64,000 nt of DNA from Eledone cirrhosa (GCA_964016885.1 OZ024743.1:54002001-54066000), one strand, 5' to 3'. Shown: positions 43,076 to 57,608, numbered from the stretch's first letter. Numbers and translations: made by a program. Notes: a model not told the origin generated them from the letters alone.

Positions 43076-43954
43076 AAACACAATAATAGAAGCAAAAAAA
43101 AAACCCCCGTTTGTAAATTTTAGATGCCACACCACAATAGCCATTAATATAATATTATTCATAGAGAACATGTATATGTTGGAGTCGTGAAAGAGCCTGA
43201 TTACAGCTTTCCTGTACACGGTTCAGCTGTTTGCGCTCTGAGTTCAAATCCTACCAAGATCAATTTAGCTTTTCCTCCTTTTGGGCTTAATAAATAAAGT
43301 TTTTGTCCAGGGATAATCTAGGGGTGGTAAAGTTGTGGAATTATTTGATCCTTGGATTAAATGTTCTTCTGTATTTGTTCGGGATTTTACGCTCTAAGTT
43401 CAAATTCTGTTGAGATCAACTTTGCCGGACATCGTTTCAGATGTGTGTATATGTGTGTTAAAGTGTTAATGTGTGGGTGTGTTCATTTAGGCATATTTCT
43501 GTGTATACACATGAGTTTACGTGTGTTAGTGTTTGTATTAATCTGCGTGAATGTGTAAATGTATTAGTGTGTTGGTGTGTGCTTGTAAAACGTACGTTAG
43601 TGTGTGTGTAGAGTGTCTAATATGTAGAGCCATAAATATCAAAATTATTCTAGAGTCTACAGTATGTGTATATGTATGAGATAATGTATTACTGTATGAG
43701 TTTGTATGCGTGTAAATATGTATGTGTACGCCAGTATTGTGTTTAGTGTGTGTATATATATGTTATAGTTAACAGTTACCATGACTCTACAATCGACAGA
43801 ATATATCACGTATGCGTTAACGTGTATGTGTGCCTACGTAAGTGTGTGTGTGTATGAGTGTATGTGAGTGTGTATATGTGTGTATGCGTATGTATGAGCG
43901 TGTATCTGTATGTATGTAAGCATTAATGTATGTATGTGTTAATGTATGTGTATG

Positions 43955-43987
<33 letters not shown>

Positions 43988-44084
43988 TAATGTGTATGCA
44001 TGCGTTAATGTATGTATTAGTATCAGTGTGTATCGACAGTCGATCGACGAGATCTCAGACCTCATTTGTTTAATGAGTGGAGCT

Positions 44085-44288
44085 CATCAAATCGGACCGA
44101 GAAAACAATGTTTCCATTGGTCTTTCCAGTTGCTAATGCTATCTGTCGGTTGCAAATCCAGGCAGAAGGAGCAACGTGAAATAAAGTGTCTTGCTCAAGG
44201 ACATAATGCATCGCCCAGTCCGAGAATCGAAATCGAAATCACAACCTCACGATTGCGAATCCAATTCTCTGACCACTCAGCCACGTGC

Positions 44289-44289
<1 letters not shown>
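44085..44289 (-). mobile_element. tRNA-derived SINE (family B)
   Basis: Near-identical to 11543-11749. Confidence 0.8.
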
Positions 44290-44368
<79 letters not shown>

Positions 44369-44464
44369 ATCACAGCTGATGAAGGGGATGCTAAACAACA
44401 ACAACTGAATGGGTTGACTTCTGTGTGTATATTAAATAGTTTAAAAAGGTATTGGTTTAGTGTG

Positions 44465-44499
<35 letters not shown>

Positions 44500-45869
44500 G
44501 TGTGTGTGTGTGTGTGTGTAGTTATAGTTAGCTATCACCATGATAGCACAGTCTACAGGGCGGTCGTCAAGGGTGTAGAAAGACATCATGTTTGTTGAAG
44601 TGATAACTAAAGATACGTTGTCTTCTATGTACTATATATATATCTATCTTCGTCTCCTCCCTCTCTCTCTCTCTCTATATATATATATATGTGTGTGTGC
44701 GTGAGTTTGTGTGTGTGTGTGAGAGTGAGTGTGTGTGTGTCTATATGTGTGTGTGTGTATGTCTCTATGTGTGTGTGTCTATACATATATATATGTGTGT
44801 GTGTCTACGTGTATGTGTGTGTGTGTGTCTGTATGTGTGTGTGTGTGTGTGTGTCTGTATGTGTGTGTGTGTCTATATGTGTGTGTGTGTATATATATAT
44901 GTGTGTGTGTGTGTGTGTCTATATGTGTTGCAGTGGATGTGTGTGAGTAGAAGTGATAACTAAATATACATACACGTTTACTATATAGTGTGTGTATGTA
45001 TATATGTGTGTATCAGTGTGTGTGTGAGTGTGTGTGTCAGTGTGTGTGTGTGTCAGTGTGGGTATGTGTCAGTGTGTCTGTATGTGTATATGTGCGTCGG
45101 CATGTGCATGTGTGTGAGAGTGTGTGCAAGTGAGTTTAAATGTGTGTGAGTGTATGTGTGTGATGTGTGTCAGTGTGTGTGAGTGTGTATGAAAGTGTGC
45201 GTGAGAATGAGTACGTGTGTGCGAGGGAGTGTGTTTGAAAGTGTGTGAGTGTGTGCGAGTGAGAATGTGTGTATGAGAGTGTTTGTGTGTGAGAGAGTTT
45301 GGAGTGTGTGTGATTGGGAGAGTGTGTGTGAGAGTGTGTGAGAGAGAGAGTTTGGAGTGTGTGTTTGTGTGTGTGATTGGGAGAGTGTGTGAGTGTGTGA
45401 GAGTGTGTGTGTGTGAGAGTTTGGAGTGTGTGTTTGTGTGTGTGATTGGGAGAGTATATGAGTGTGTGTGAGGGGGGGGGGTGTAGGCGCGATAACTAAA
45501 TATACAGCTAGTTGCTCTGTAATCTTGAGAAATTTTATAGTTCTCTTAACCTGTCAGCATAAACTTCGTGACGTGTGTGTTTGTCCGACTATACGTGTCT
45601 GTGTGTATGTCCATGTGTATGTTTATGTAATTGTATGTGCTTTGAGATTGTATGTATATATGTGCGTGTGCTGTATTTATGTGTACTGTGATTGTGTTTA
45701 GTGTTTGTATGTGTATCTATACGTGATCGTGTGTGTGAGTGTGTGTGTGTGCGTGTATATCAACACGCCATTTAAACAAACGATTAGGAAAACTGGCGAA
45801 CAAGTTTGTAGACTTGGATTAACTACGATGATAGCAGTGAGAATACTGATGATATTGATGATACTCATA

Positions 45870-46074
45870 TAATAATGGTCTCTGATTTAGGCACAAGGCA
45901 AACACATTTTGGGGGATGGGAAAGTTGATTAAATCGACTCCAGTGCGTTACTGGTACTTTAGTTTATCAACCTCGAAAGGATGAAAGGCAAAACTAACTT
46001 CGGCGGGATTAGAACCCAGAACGTAAACTATGTCGCGAAGCTTGTCCCACGCTTTACCGATATTGCCAATCCAT
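45870..46074 (-). mobile_element. Family A SINE
   Basis: Reverse complement of the core. Confidence 0.75.
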
Positions 46075-47214
46075 AGTGATATGATAATGATGTTGGTTCT
46101 TGATGAAGGTAAAGATTGAGTAGAGAATGTTTTTATGTGTCCGTGTGTTTATATCTAAGTTTACGTGTGTATCTGTGTATATGTCACATCAGCTAGCGGT
46201 TTGACAAAACAAGATCGATAAAATGAGTACCAGACTTGAGAAAAAAAAACAGTACTGGTTGTCAAGATAGCAGCAGACTGGAACCGGGAAATTTCTATTA
46301 AATTGCTTTTAATAGTTTATTTATATATACGTGATTTAATTTATCTGTCACTTAAATAAAGACCTAACAGGTTTCATAAAGAATAGATACACACACGTAT
46401 AGCGTATGGGACGAACTGTTCCTAAATTCAATATATTTTAATTGATATATCGAATTTTCTCGTAGTATTGAATGAGGTCGATATTATAAAGCACGAATCA
46501 AATACTGGGGTCGATTTAACAGACTATGCCACGTACATAAACGTGTGTCCTAATATAAATATATATATAAAACATTTTTTTGTTTTATCCCGTAACTCCT
46601 GATGGAGTCGTTGGGGCACTGTATTGACACACAGCGTATTTGGGCATTTTTAAAGCCAAGCTTGCCTCCCCCACTAGGCCTTATGAAACATAACCACACC
46701 TTATTCTTAGTAATAGTGTTAAAGGTACGATAGGTATCGTACAAAGCAGAGACAAGCTGTCGCTCAGAAAGGTTCCTCGGTCGATTTCAATACGTCATAT
46801 TTTTTTTAATCAAAATAGGTTAGTTTTATTTTATTTGTACTTGATATCTCTCCTTCATATAACCATTTTATTATCCGGGAATGAGAGATCATGCAATAGA
46901 CTATTGGATAATCGATCCACATAATGATGGATTTGTTGTTCGTTTATTGCAATCCGGGAATATTACTTTATTTATAAGTAATTGGTTTTTAGTACCTCTA
47001 CTGCTCCGTCGGAATAAGTTCTTCCCAATTGACAATATATCTTGGCTAAGTGTACACATACACACATATGTATATATATACAGTTGTTGTCCCCCCCCCC
47101 AAAAAAAAAAGTATACACACTTTGATTACCAGCACAAACAATATTTATCAGAATGCTGTTGAAGTGTGTATACCTTATTGGGACACCCTATATATAAATA
47201 TATATATATGTATA

Positions 47215-47269
<55 letters not shown>

Positions 47270-47415
47270 AGGGAGTGTAACTTGGAGTTACTGTAGGTTC
47301 ACCCGGGTGAGCACTCGATGTTTAGGTTCACTTCAGTGTCAAGGTGTAGAGCTATACAGAGTGTATTATAAGATAACAAAAGCGATTGATTACTCCTTCA
47401 TTACGTTTATTGGTT

Positions 47416-47500
47416 GGTGACGCGCATTTCGTCACTGACCAGTTCAAGGTTTGATCTGTATCGATCTGACCTGACTCTGTAATCCGCGGCTCGTCAGACC
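47416..47500 (-). ncRNA. Penelope-type (type I) hammerhead ribozyme with long stem II, in a (TA)n-flanked pLTR-like fragment (about 47268-47520)
   Basis: Minus strand GGU-CUGACGA-GCCGC...GUGAC-GAAA-UGCGC-GUC/ACC, with AATAAA 4 nt after stem I (plus tttatt 47406-47411). Confidence 0.6.
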
Positions 47501-47539
47501 CCTTGCAATGTTAATGGAAGAATATATATATATATATAT

Positions 47540-48225
47540 TATTCACCCACTTATTCCAGGGAGGGTCGTCTCCAATTTATGCGACAGGATCCCCAAGTGA
47601 GACCAGCCAAGCTCAGAGATATTAACCAACCATTTTACTCGGGTCAACCCCTGGGTCTCCTGCCGGCTGGTTTTCCCCGTAAAATCTATCCACCATTTCT
47701 TTCATGAGAAATTCTAATTACATGCCTGTAATATCGGAGCTGTAATCTCTCAATTCGGAGAAGTAGCGGCTCTACCTGGAGTGAACACGACCACGAGATG
47801 CTTGAACTTCTTCACTTTTTTCAGTGGAATTCCACTCACACGAGTACATTGTGCAGGTTTCCTTGAGAGGACAAGCATCAAAGTCATCGCAGCACTGATT
47901 TCAATTCCTTCCGTGCACCACTCAGCAGCAAACCTACCTTCTCCATGTCGGTGATTATCCTCTGACGAATTAAGTAGTACCATGTTGTCTGCAAATTCCA
48001 ACCGACTGAACCTACACCCACTTGTCATAATAACACTTCCAACACGGCTGTACATGTCAATCCTGTTCATGAAGATTATAAACAGGAGAGGGGACAGTAC
48101 GCATCATTGGCGGAGTCAGACACCCACATTGGATGGTTTCGATTTAGCACTATTTATCAGATACTAGGGTATTCGTATAGAGACATCAGAGCTACAAGAA
48201 GATGGCTATCGATGCAATAATGTAT
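47540..48225 (-). mobile_element. RTE-clade (Expander/Rex3-like) LINE remnant
   Basis: LRQ*CVLSPLLFIIFM...RLEFADNMVLL...GRFAAE..GIEIS..VLSRK..VKKFKHL.VVFT...ISELGWSHLGI. Confidence 0.8.
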
Positions 48226-50369
48226 CAAAACGTATATATATTGTAAAAACTTGGTAAAAAATATTCACATTTCACGTGGCTCCAGTCCACTAAGCTCGAA
48301 ATATGTACCAATAGGCGTTGGAGACTAATACTGCGATGGCCTGATCACTTGTGCAAGGGTCTTGTATTTTCAATCGCTTTATGCTAATGAAATCTGATGA
48401 ACCTCTGGGCTTAGAACAGATTTTGATTGTTTTGAATGTTAATTAAAATCGGACACTGTACCTCAAAAGATTTAATCTTGCTTCAATAGTGTTAGCTACT
48501 AAGAAATTATATAATCGTTAAACTTCATTCTATGAGATGTAGCAAGGGAGATATGTTTCATTTTTCGATCTAAAACTCCTTAGACTAACTAAAATTAAAT
48601 GATTTGATCGCCTACAGATTTTTGTCACAGATAGGTCTACATGTCTACATGACTCTCTATATGTATATGTAAACACTTTGCGCGAACAAAAAGAAAAAAA
48701 ATGAGTACTCAAAACTAGAAATATAATGTAACAGAAGAATGGTATTTTATATGCATTGGGGAGTTTATATTGAATATTAACATTCGATTCGTTTGGAAGC
48801 AAACAGCCTCATTACGCTGTTTTTTGTTTTTTTTATGTGACCATCGTCATCCTTTTGTTCTAGCGGTGGCACGGTATAATTTATTGGAAACCAAAACTTC
48901 CCTAATCGTTGGTTCAAATTTCTACCATCGGAAGATGATAGAAACGATTTGTGAAATTCCAGCCTCCAGTAAAATCACTACTGCTACACGTAAACTCACA
49001 CATGCATACCTAGAGGAAGAGAAACGTAAGGGACGCACACATACAGATTGGTACATAGATAGGATATAGGAAGAGGGAAGAGTTCTATACATGTCTATTT
49101 GTATATATATGCATGTGTGTGAGTAGATGTTATTTTTCCCTTCATTTTCAAATGGTCTTTTGTGTCTGTCGTTTCGTCTCCTTCACTATGGACTGTGACT
49201 AATCTTTATGGGTGGTTGTTTGTATTTGTGTGTGTGTCTGATGATCGTCATTCTGCCCAAACACTCAAGACAGCTTTATGGCTGCTAAACAGAAACCGTG
49301 CCCCCCACCGACACGAGCTTAGTTCACCGGATGTTTACAATATGTTATCAGTGAAACAGCATCCCTAACCAATCGAAAGCTTTTTACTTGAATTGTTTGA
49401 TAGTCAGAGCAACGATAAAAAAGACATAAGGGAAATGTTTTAGAGGATTTTCAGTGCTTCAAGGACAGCTATAGGGGAAGAGATTCGTGTATAATGGAAA
49501 TGATAAAGAAATATACAAACTGACTGAATGATGAGTTAAACATTTATACTTAGTTTATTTACGATGTGTTAAATTATTTATTTATCACATATATCGTCCG
49601 ATAAATAAAAGTTTTTTTTGTAACTAAATTTCTGTTAGACACACAAAATGGTCCAGAAACATTCGTGTCAAAATCCAAACCTTTAGAATTAAAACGATTT
49701 TCATCATCTCACACCACACAATACAATATTTTCTGAGTGAGAACCCGAGAAAACCCAATCCCCACCACATTGCTCTAATGTTCATAGCTTAGTCAAATTA
49801 TTTTATAACACGAAATGTGTTTAATTTCAAAGAAATCGGTTCCGTTGTACATTTTCCGGTCGCTTTGGAACAGAGAAAATCTCACTGTACTTTTTCAACT
49901 ACTATCTAATTTCTGACAGGATCCATACCATTTCTCTCAGCTGTAGCTACTATCATATTATGGTCGGCTGAAACATTCATTGGCTGACCAAGATATTCTG
50001 GTGGAATGACAAAATGAGGTTTAATTTTCGAAATAGATATTGGAAAGAAACAATGCCGTTATTCATAATATGAAATTAAAGCATGCAATATTTCACAGCT
50101 CTAGCACGACTCCTTCATAGTTAGGCTATGAACCTTTCAACTCATCCTCGTATTCTACTGGCGTTATCTCAATACCATACCACATACAATAAGCCAAAGC
50201 ATATATGTTGGATTGTATGCCATTGTCTTCTAGTAAGCAAATATATAATATGTCTGAATATTAAATTTGTTAATTCAAAATATTTAGGTATTCGCTCGAC
50301 AACCAATGTACTACAGATAATCTATCACAGTTGAGATGTTGCTGCACAACATACAATTATATTATTGAT

Positions 50370-50728
50370 GAGTTGGATAGGCAGAAATATTAAAGCGTCG
50401 AACCAAGTGCTTTGGGCAATGTAATTGTGAGCCACTACATTGTATGTTCAAATCCCGCCGAGGTCAACTTTGCCTTTCATCCTCCCTGGGTCGATAAATT
50501 CACACTTCCTCATGCACATAAATTGCTGATGTTGTGACTAAATTAGAAATCATTATTAGTAGAGGGTCGGACGCCATGCTTTGCAGCAAAGAGTTACGGC
50601 CCTTTATGGTCTGAGTTCAAATCCCGCCGAGGTTAACTTTGCCTTTCAGTTGACGGGGTCGATAAAATAAAGTACCAGTAATACACTGGGATAATTGCTG
50701 GCCTTGTGCCAAAAGTAGAAACAATTAG
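50370..50728 (+). mobile_element. Tandem pair of family A SINEs
   Basis: Two consecutive cores, the second starting near 50558. Confidence 0.8.
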
Positions 50729-52784
50729 TAGGTTGGGTCTGTGTCTAGAGTTCTATCATGGACTCTGATATGGTTGAATATAGAGCGAGAAACCGAAATA
50801 TAAGGTTAACATTAAAATGTAGGATGTCGAGGGTGGGGAAATAACAGAAGTCAGTTGGAAGTTCACGAACGATACAGATAGTTTTGGAAAGGATGAGTGA
50901 CAAACAATATGCACAGAACTAGTGAAATGAGGATGCAATGTGGAATAGCAGAGGCACAACATGTGATTGGATGGTTATTACTATAGTGAAAATAGCTGTA
51001 TAGAATAGCGAATTTAGTAGATGGTGTGTGAGACAGCGAATGTGCAAAGTGGTTAAAGTGTAGGACAAAATGCCTTACAGTTTTCAAACTGGCTGTGAAC
51101 ATCCCGCTATTCCAGTGAATGGCAATTTTGAAATAAAATGCTTGTTCAGGGCAGAATTGTTAAGACATTGTATTAGATACCTTATGGTATTTGTTTCGGC
51201 TCTTTGCATTCTGAGTTCAAATCCCGCAGTGGAATACATTGGCGGTAGACTTTGAATTACTCATGCAGAGAAGAAACAGGTTCCTGACAAAGTTTTAGTC
51301 ACAAGTAAGTGGTCAACCTAATGCTTATGATAGATGTCACTTTTCTAAGGTGCCGCGCAATGGGATCAAATTTGGAGCTACACAGTTGCGAGTTGAACCT
51401 CTGAACCACATAACCATGCCTATATACCTTATATACATACATATGATTCATCACGTACAATTACTAATAGTACACACATATATACCTACCTATTCGCACA
51501 AACACAATCGCGTAGTTTGACACATAGTCGGAGTCAGGCGCACACACACACACACACACGTTATCACATACGTTATCACACACATTTACGTGTGTGTCTG
51601 CATCTAATACAAGACACATCCCTTACGCTTGTTCATAAAAGAGAGGGGGTGAGGTAGAGAGAGAGGGCGAGATAGAGCGGAGAAAAATATGGAAAGTGAG
51701 AGAGAGGAAAGAGAGGGGGAGTGAGAGAGGAAAGTGAGGGAGAGACGTGTCTAGTTAGATGGAGCAAGATAACAAGCGCAATTCATCCTTTAAATTGTCT
51801 GAAGTTGATGCTGTCAATTGAGTACTGTCAATTAGTGATGGTTGGCGGCTGGGGCTTTTCCCACTCACTTGTACGAACTTCAAACAAGATGTAAGCTTTT
51901 CAGGCGGACATCACGCTGAAGTGAAATGTCAGCAAATCACGCGTGTTCTTTTGATCTCGTACATCCATGGCTCTGTAATAGGCCCTTGAAATACACACTC
52001 TATTTGATATCATACCGGACGCCAGCTACACTTTGTCCGTGTGACTAGACTTGAGCTCTGCTATATATACTTCCGCTAAATGTCATTTGGACTTCCGCTT
52101 GTCGGAATTAAATACCGGCAGGCGAAAATGATTTTTCTTGACAACAGGTATTGTATGGAAGGAGATTAGAGAAAAGAGTCAAATAAATAAATAAATAAAT
52201 AAATAAATAAATGAGTGAGGGATATAAAGAATATATATGAACAAAAATAAAATAATGATTTGATCATATATATATATATATATATATATACACAAACGGA
52301 GATGAAATAAATAGATGAAAGGCTACCGTCTTAGGAAAGGCTATTTCTTCTTTATTTATGCTTGGATAGACAAGGAGGGGGGTTTATGGTACCAGATATA
52401 CACAAAGTGTCGGCGTTATCATTAAGACCAAGTGGGTAAATGTCTAGAGGGCGCAGAACATAGAGAGGTGCATTGCTAAACCGTAAAAGTTCACAATTAT
52501 AATTCCTTGCGATCAATAAATAAATCTGAAGCCCCTAGTGGGTTGTATAGTGTCATGACCTGTAATATGGTTTGGCGTAGGTGAATGTGGACTGTGCAGT
52601 AGAAAATGCACTCGGAGAGGTTTTCTGAGTGTAATCAGAACTATAATTGTCAAAAGCTATATTCGTTAGCTTACCAATTTGTAAATTTAAATTATTTTAT
52701 TTGGGAGAATGGGGATGTATATTGTAAAGCTAGCCTCGGATGCTATATATATCCAGGTACCGGCTCTATATATACTTATATGCC

Positions 52785-53040
52785 GGTGTTGAACTTACAA
52801 TCACAATGTCATGGGTTCGATTCCTGGGCTGGGTTGCGTGTTTTGCTCTTGAGCAAAACACCTCATTTCACGTTGCTCCAGTATACTGAGTATAAATGAG
52901 TACCAGCAATAGCTGGGAGTTTAACCCTGCGATGGACTGGCATCCTGTCCAGGGGGAGTCTTGTACTCTCAGTCGCTTCATGCAACGGAAACAGGGATAA
53001 GCACCGGCCTAATGGACCTCCGACCTCGGGACAGACTTTA
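52785..53040 (+). mobile_element. tRNA-head SINE with a Meta/V-SINE-like central and 3' region
   Basis: GGTTCGATTCC B box, ttgagcaaaacac, then ccctgcgatggactggcatcctgtccaggggg...gtcgcttcatgc..gggataagc. Confidence 0.55.
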
Positions 53041-54068
53041 GACAAGTGCTGTATTATTTTTTTATTTTATTTAAAAAGGGTTAAAGAAAAATATATGACA
53101 ATTTCCTGTGATCAATAAATAAGTCCCTAAACATATATTCCAGAGGAAACATGTTTATTGAAGAGTGTTATCAACTTCAGAGGGTTGTCATTTCTTAGAA
53201 GTGACAGCTAGCAGGTCGTTAATATACAAATGGAAATGTGTGTAAGAAACAAAGGAATTCTGAGAACACTTGGTTAATGTCATGGGCGAGGACCGACTGA
53301 TGTTTGACAGAGAGAGAGCCTCAATCAATGGAAGCTATATTGACGGCCACTTAGGAGAGAAATATACTAAAGTTTATAGCAGATGTCTGGTTCGATTCCT
53401 GCAGGCATTTCTGTCTCCAAGGGTACTTACATTACTTGCGCTATTACTATTATTTATAGTTATATGTATTGCTCCCCCCCCCCCCCCCCCGCCCAACTCC
53501 ATTTTCAAATTTCCCATATGCTAAAGGAACCAAATATTGCTTATATTAAAAGTCACTGACGTATATGTGTCTGAACACTTCCAAAAAACATGTTTATCCT
53601 TAATGCAATTCTTAGGGAGATTCTGCCTGAAACTTTGAGTGACAAGACTGGCCCTTTGTGTTACAGGTAGAGTTCATCCAACAGACTTCCAAACATTTCC
53701 CATACACTCAGATTCACTCACAATGCATGGGACGACACAAGGCTATGGTGAATAATACTTGCCCAAGACACTACGCAGGCAGATCGAACTCAGGACCTCA
53801 TGATTGTGAAGCGAACCTTAACCGTTTAGCTATGTTTCGTCCATCCTTGCTCAAGACAATATAGTCCTACCGAATCCTTAATTAACAATTCTTACACTTT
53901 TTCTTTTATTCTTTTACTGATTTCAATCAGACTGCGGCCATACTGAAGCACCTCCTTCAGTCGATCACATTGAACGAAATATATATTCTTTTCATGTTTG
54001 GTACTTATGGAGCATAAACACAGGCACTAACGTAAATATAGACACGATCGCACACACACACACACACA

Positions 54069-54124
<56 letters not shown>

Positions 54125-54136
<12 letters not shown>

Positions 54137-54349
54137 GAGAATGTCTGTCTCCATAAAACTCGAGAACCACCCAACTGATTGTTTTCAAACTTTACACATG
54201 TAACACTTATGGTCCTATGAGTGTTTTGGCAAAAAATATTTCACATGTTCAATGCGCTAGGGACCGCATCAGGCGAAATACCGATCTCTCTCTATAATTC
54301 TTAGTCTTTCTTTTTAGATAAACGTTGTGTGTGTATATATGTATATATA

Positions 54350-54387
<38 letters not shown>

Positions 54388-54498
54388 TGTAACGTTTTTC
54401 GAATTATTTACTTCTGCGTTGACAGATTGATATTTTAATTTCAGAAGATCCCGTTAAGGGTGAAAGCAGCGCTTCTTTGCTTAAACTTTAATCTGTTA

Positions 54499-54550
<52 letters not shown>

Positions 54551-54685
54551 TATATTCTTGTACAGATATTTTTGCATACACAATATCAAAATATAAACAA
54601 ACGTATTTATTTCACGAGGCTCGATAAGGATAAATATATAAGAACCCTAGAGCAAATCCCGAGCAACGCCGGGCCATTCTGATAG
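54125..54685 (+). mobile_element. Non-autonomous Helitron with nested (TA)n
   Basis: 5' part gtctgtctc...actcgagaacc..caactgatt..caaacttt. 3' GC hairpin cccgagcaacgccggg (54658-54673) followed by atag|t (decayed CTAG). Confidence 0.65.
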
Positions 54686-54793
54686 TATATATATATATAA
54701 ATATAAATACACACACATTATATATACACATTATATAATATTAGAAAGCAGCAATTATTTGCATAAACTTTAATTTGTTCTTAAAATAAATAA

Positions 54794-54829
<36 letters not shown>

Positions 54830-55684
54830 CTATAGTGGAAGTCATTTGCCCAAGGTGCCGCGCGTTTAAACAGAACACTAAAGTACGTGTTTGCGAGGAA
54901 AATCTTTTAAACCACACAACCATACATCGACCAAAGAAAACAATGACATAACTAGCGTTTTTTTCTTTAACCAATTCAATTAAAAAGTAAAAAAAGAAAT
55001 GCGCTGGATGACTAAATCTGGAGAATGGGAGGCAAAATGCCTTGTGGTAATTATTTATATCTTCTTACGTTGTGGTGCATGTGCTGGCTTTACCTTTCAT
55101 CTTTTCGGGCTCCATAAAATAAGCACGAGTCAAATAGTGGCATAGATTTCAACTGTACCCGTTTCTAGCTAAATTGTGGCTTTGTGCCAAATATTACATC
55201 TATCTATATATTGTCAGAACAAGTATTTAGCTTTTCTCCTGTTAGTGTATGTTGCAGTATGCCGTCTACTCTCTTCTTCTTCATAGCACAAATTATTTTG
55301 TAGTGATGCTAATTAGCTAAGGACGATGTTAATTAGCCCGATTTTCAGAGCATTAATTAAAACTGGCTTCGGCGTGATGAGCAAATGCAAGAAGCAGTGG
55401 CTTGGAAAGTAACTAATTCATCTAAACAACAAAATCAAGAATACACACATTTGTTCTCTTTTGGTCTCTAAAAGGGTTTCTAATTTAGGTATATGGCCAG
55501 AGGTTTGGTGGTGGTGTAGTGGTTGTGGTTGTGGGTTGGTGGTAAAGGAGTAGTCGATTATATCGACCCCTGTACTTGACTGTTTCTTTATTTACCCGGG
55601 AGTGATGGAAGTTAAACACGTTCTATGCTGAATTTGAACTCAAAATGTGGCCTTTTCTCTGAAATAAAAAAAAAAACACGATGA

Positions 55685-55766
<82 letters not shown>

Positions 55767-55790
55767 CGAGAGACAGGGGGAGAGAGAAAA

Positions 55791-55832
55791 TGATATGTAA
55801 AATCCTGACCGCGGTCAGGATTTTACATATCA
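55791..55832. repeat. Perfect 42-bp palindrome
   Basis: tgatatgtaaaatcctgaccg|cggtcaggattttacatatca. Confidence 0.95.
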
Positions 55833-56008
55833 CTATACCCACTCTGCGTCTCCCCATGCATTAAGTACTCCTATGATTAGTGGTCTACCCGGTCGCAGCA
55901 TCGCAGATTCCCCCCCCCCTCTCTCTCTCTATATATATATATATTAAATATGAGAGAGAACGACATCAGAATTTTTAATAATTCATTTACATAATTAGTT
56001 TACGTGCA

Positions 56009-56068
<60 letters not shown>

Positions 56069-56110
56069 TACATATATATATATATATATAATTATATATA
56101 TATATATATA

Positions 56111-56161
<51 letters not shown>

Positions 56162-56859
56162 CATTTCATTTATCTCTCAAACAAAAATACTTGAAGATAA
56201 TGAAAAGAAAATAATTATTTCAAATGCTAACTTGTATATATTAGTATTATCCTCTTATTTAAAACTATTTCCAGTAACTCGAGTTTGTAACAAGTTTTAT
56301 TTGAAAATGTTAAGACAATTAGTCTTCATTGAAAAGGATTGGAACTCCGTCGGTTTTAACGATGCGTCTTCAGTTGTTCGATCAGCCACAGAAATTCAAG
56401 TCTAAGTTATCGGGCATTCCTCAGACATGTGTACCCTTAACGTACATTTCAGAGAGATTCATCATGACACTATGACAAGGCTGGTTCCTTTAAAATACAT
56501 AGACAGTCCATTCAAACGGGGTTTCAAATAGGTCCCCGTGTATTTAATTTCACACACAAGGTATGAGTCGGCCCGATTCTATGGTAAATAATTCTTGCCC
56601 AAAATGCCATACAATTTGGTCGAACCCAAGACTTAATAATTGCAAAGGGAACTTCTGAAACATTCGGCAATTCTGTATACACAACTTAAATATACATGAA
56701 GAATGTACATAATTTTTTTAAAATTACTTTCTCTATAAAATAGAATATATTAGTAAAATAGGAAGAGAAAACATTATTTGAAATGCTAATTTTTATATAA
56801 AAGGAGAGAGTAACGCGCTGGAGTAAGGAGCTGAACGGCATTACAAAGAGATCGTGGGA

Positions 56860-57200
56860 CTTTCTGCTAGTATTATTTTGTAACTGTTTGTCCTTCTTAA
56901 AAGTCAGCATCACCTTAATTGTGCTTCCCATCTGACGTGCCTTTCGAAGACCTTGCTGAAATTGGATGCCTCCACTGTGATGACTAAACTTCGGTTTTCG
57001 GATGGTTGCTTTATATTGACGTCTCGTCTCCACTTATCATGGCATTGAGGATATCAAGATCCTTGTTGGTCGTATGAAAATGCAATGAGTAAGTAGTACT
57101 GCAGCTCACACTCTGGCTGTCTTAAAGCGACTGACGCATTCAGCGAGCTCGTCAAAAACCACACATAAGTCAGAAGGTATTCAGCTCCCCTCTACGAAAT
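56860..57200 (-). mobile_element. mariner transposase remnant
   Basis: ISGDETS..HPKTE..SSQWRHP...RKARQMGSTIKVMLTF matches the mariner TGDETW..PETK.QS.QW..P..KKARQ..S..KVML consensus. Confidence 0.7.
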
Positions 57201-57213
57201 GTTGCCTCTCTGA

Positions 57214-57402
57214 CGTGGTGAATTGGCAGCATCGGTAGAGGGTTAGACGCCATGCTTTCTAGCATAGTTACGTCTCTTTACGGTTTGAGTTCAAATCCCG
57301 CTGAGGTTAACTTTGCCTTTCATCCTTACGGGGTCGATAAAATATAGTACCAGTAATGTACTGTGTATTTGCTGGCCTTGTGCCTAAAGTAGAAACAGTT
57401 AT
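57214..57402 (+). mobile_element. Family A SINE
   Basis: Full core. Confidence 0.8.
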
Positions 57403-57577
57403 TAGTTCTACAGAAAAAACAAAGTAAGTACTTTTTTCAATAGACCTCATATATGCACTTATCGCATTGGCAATAATATATTTTAAAAAATGGATATGTC
57501 CCGCATTTATAGCGACTTCGATGATTTAATAAACGTAATATTTAATTATAAGAAAGGCACTACGTAATAATAAATGG

Positions 57578-57604
<27 letters not shown>

Positions 57605-57608
<4 letters not shown>

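Noticed and set aside
50760-51020. Possible CR1-like 3' remnant on the minus strand
   Set aside because: Similarity is too weak to call without alignment.
55300-55440. Cluster of TAAT/ATTA homeodomain-like sites
   Set aside because: Expected by chance in AT-rich DNA; no conservation data.
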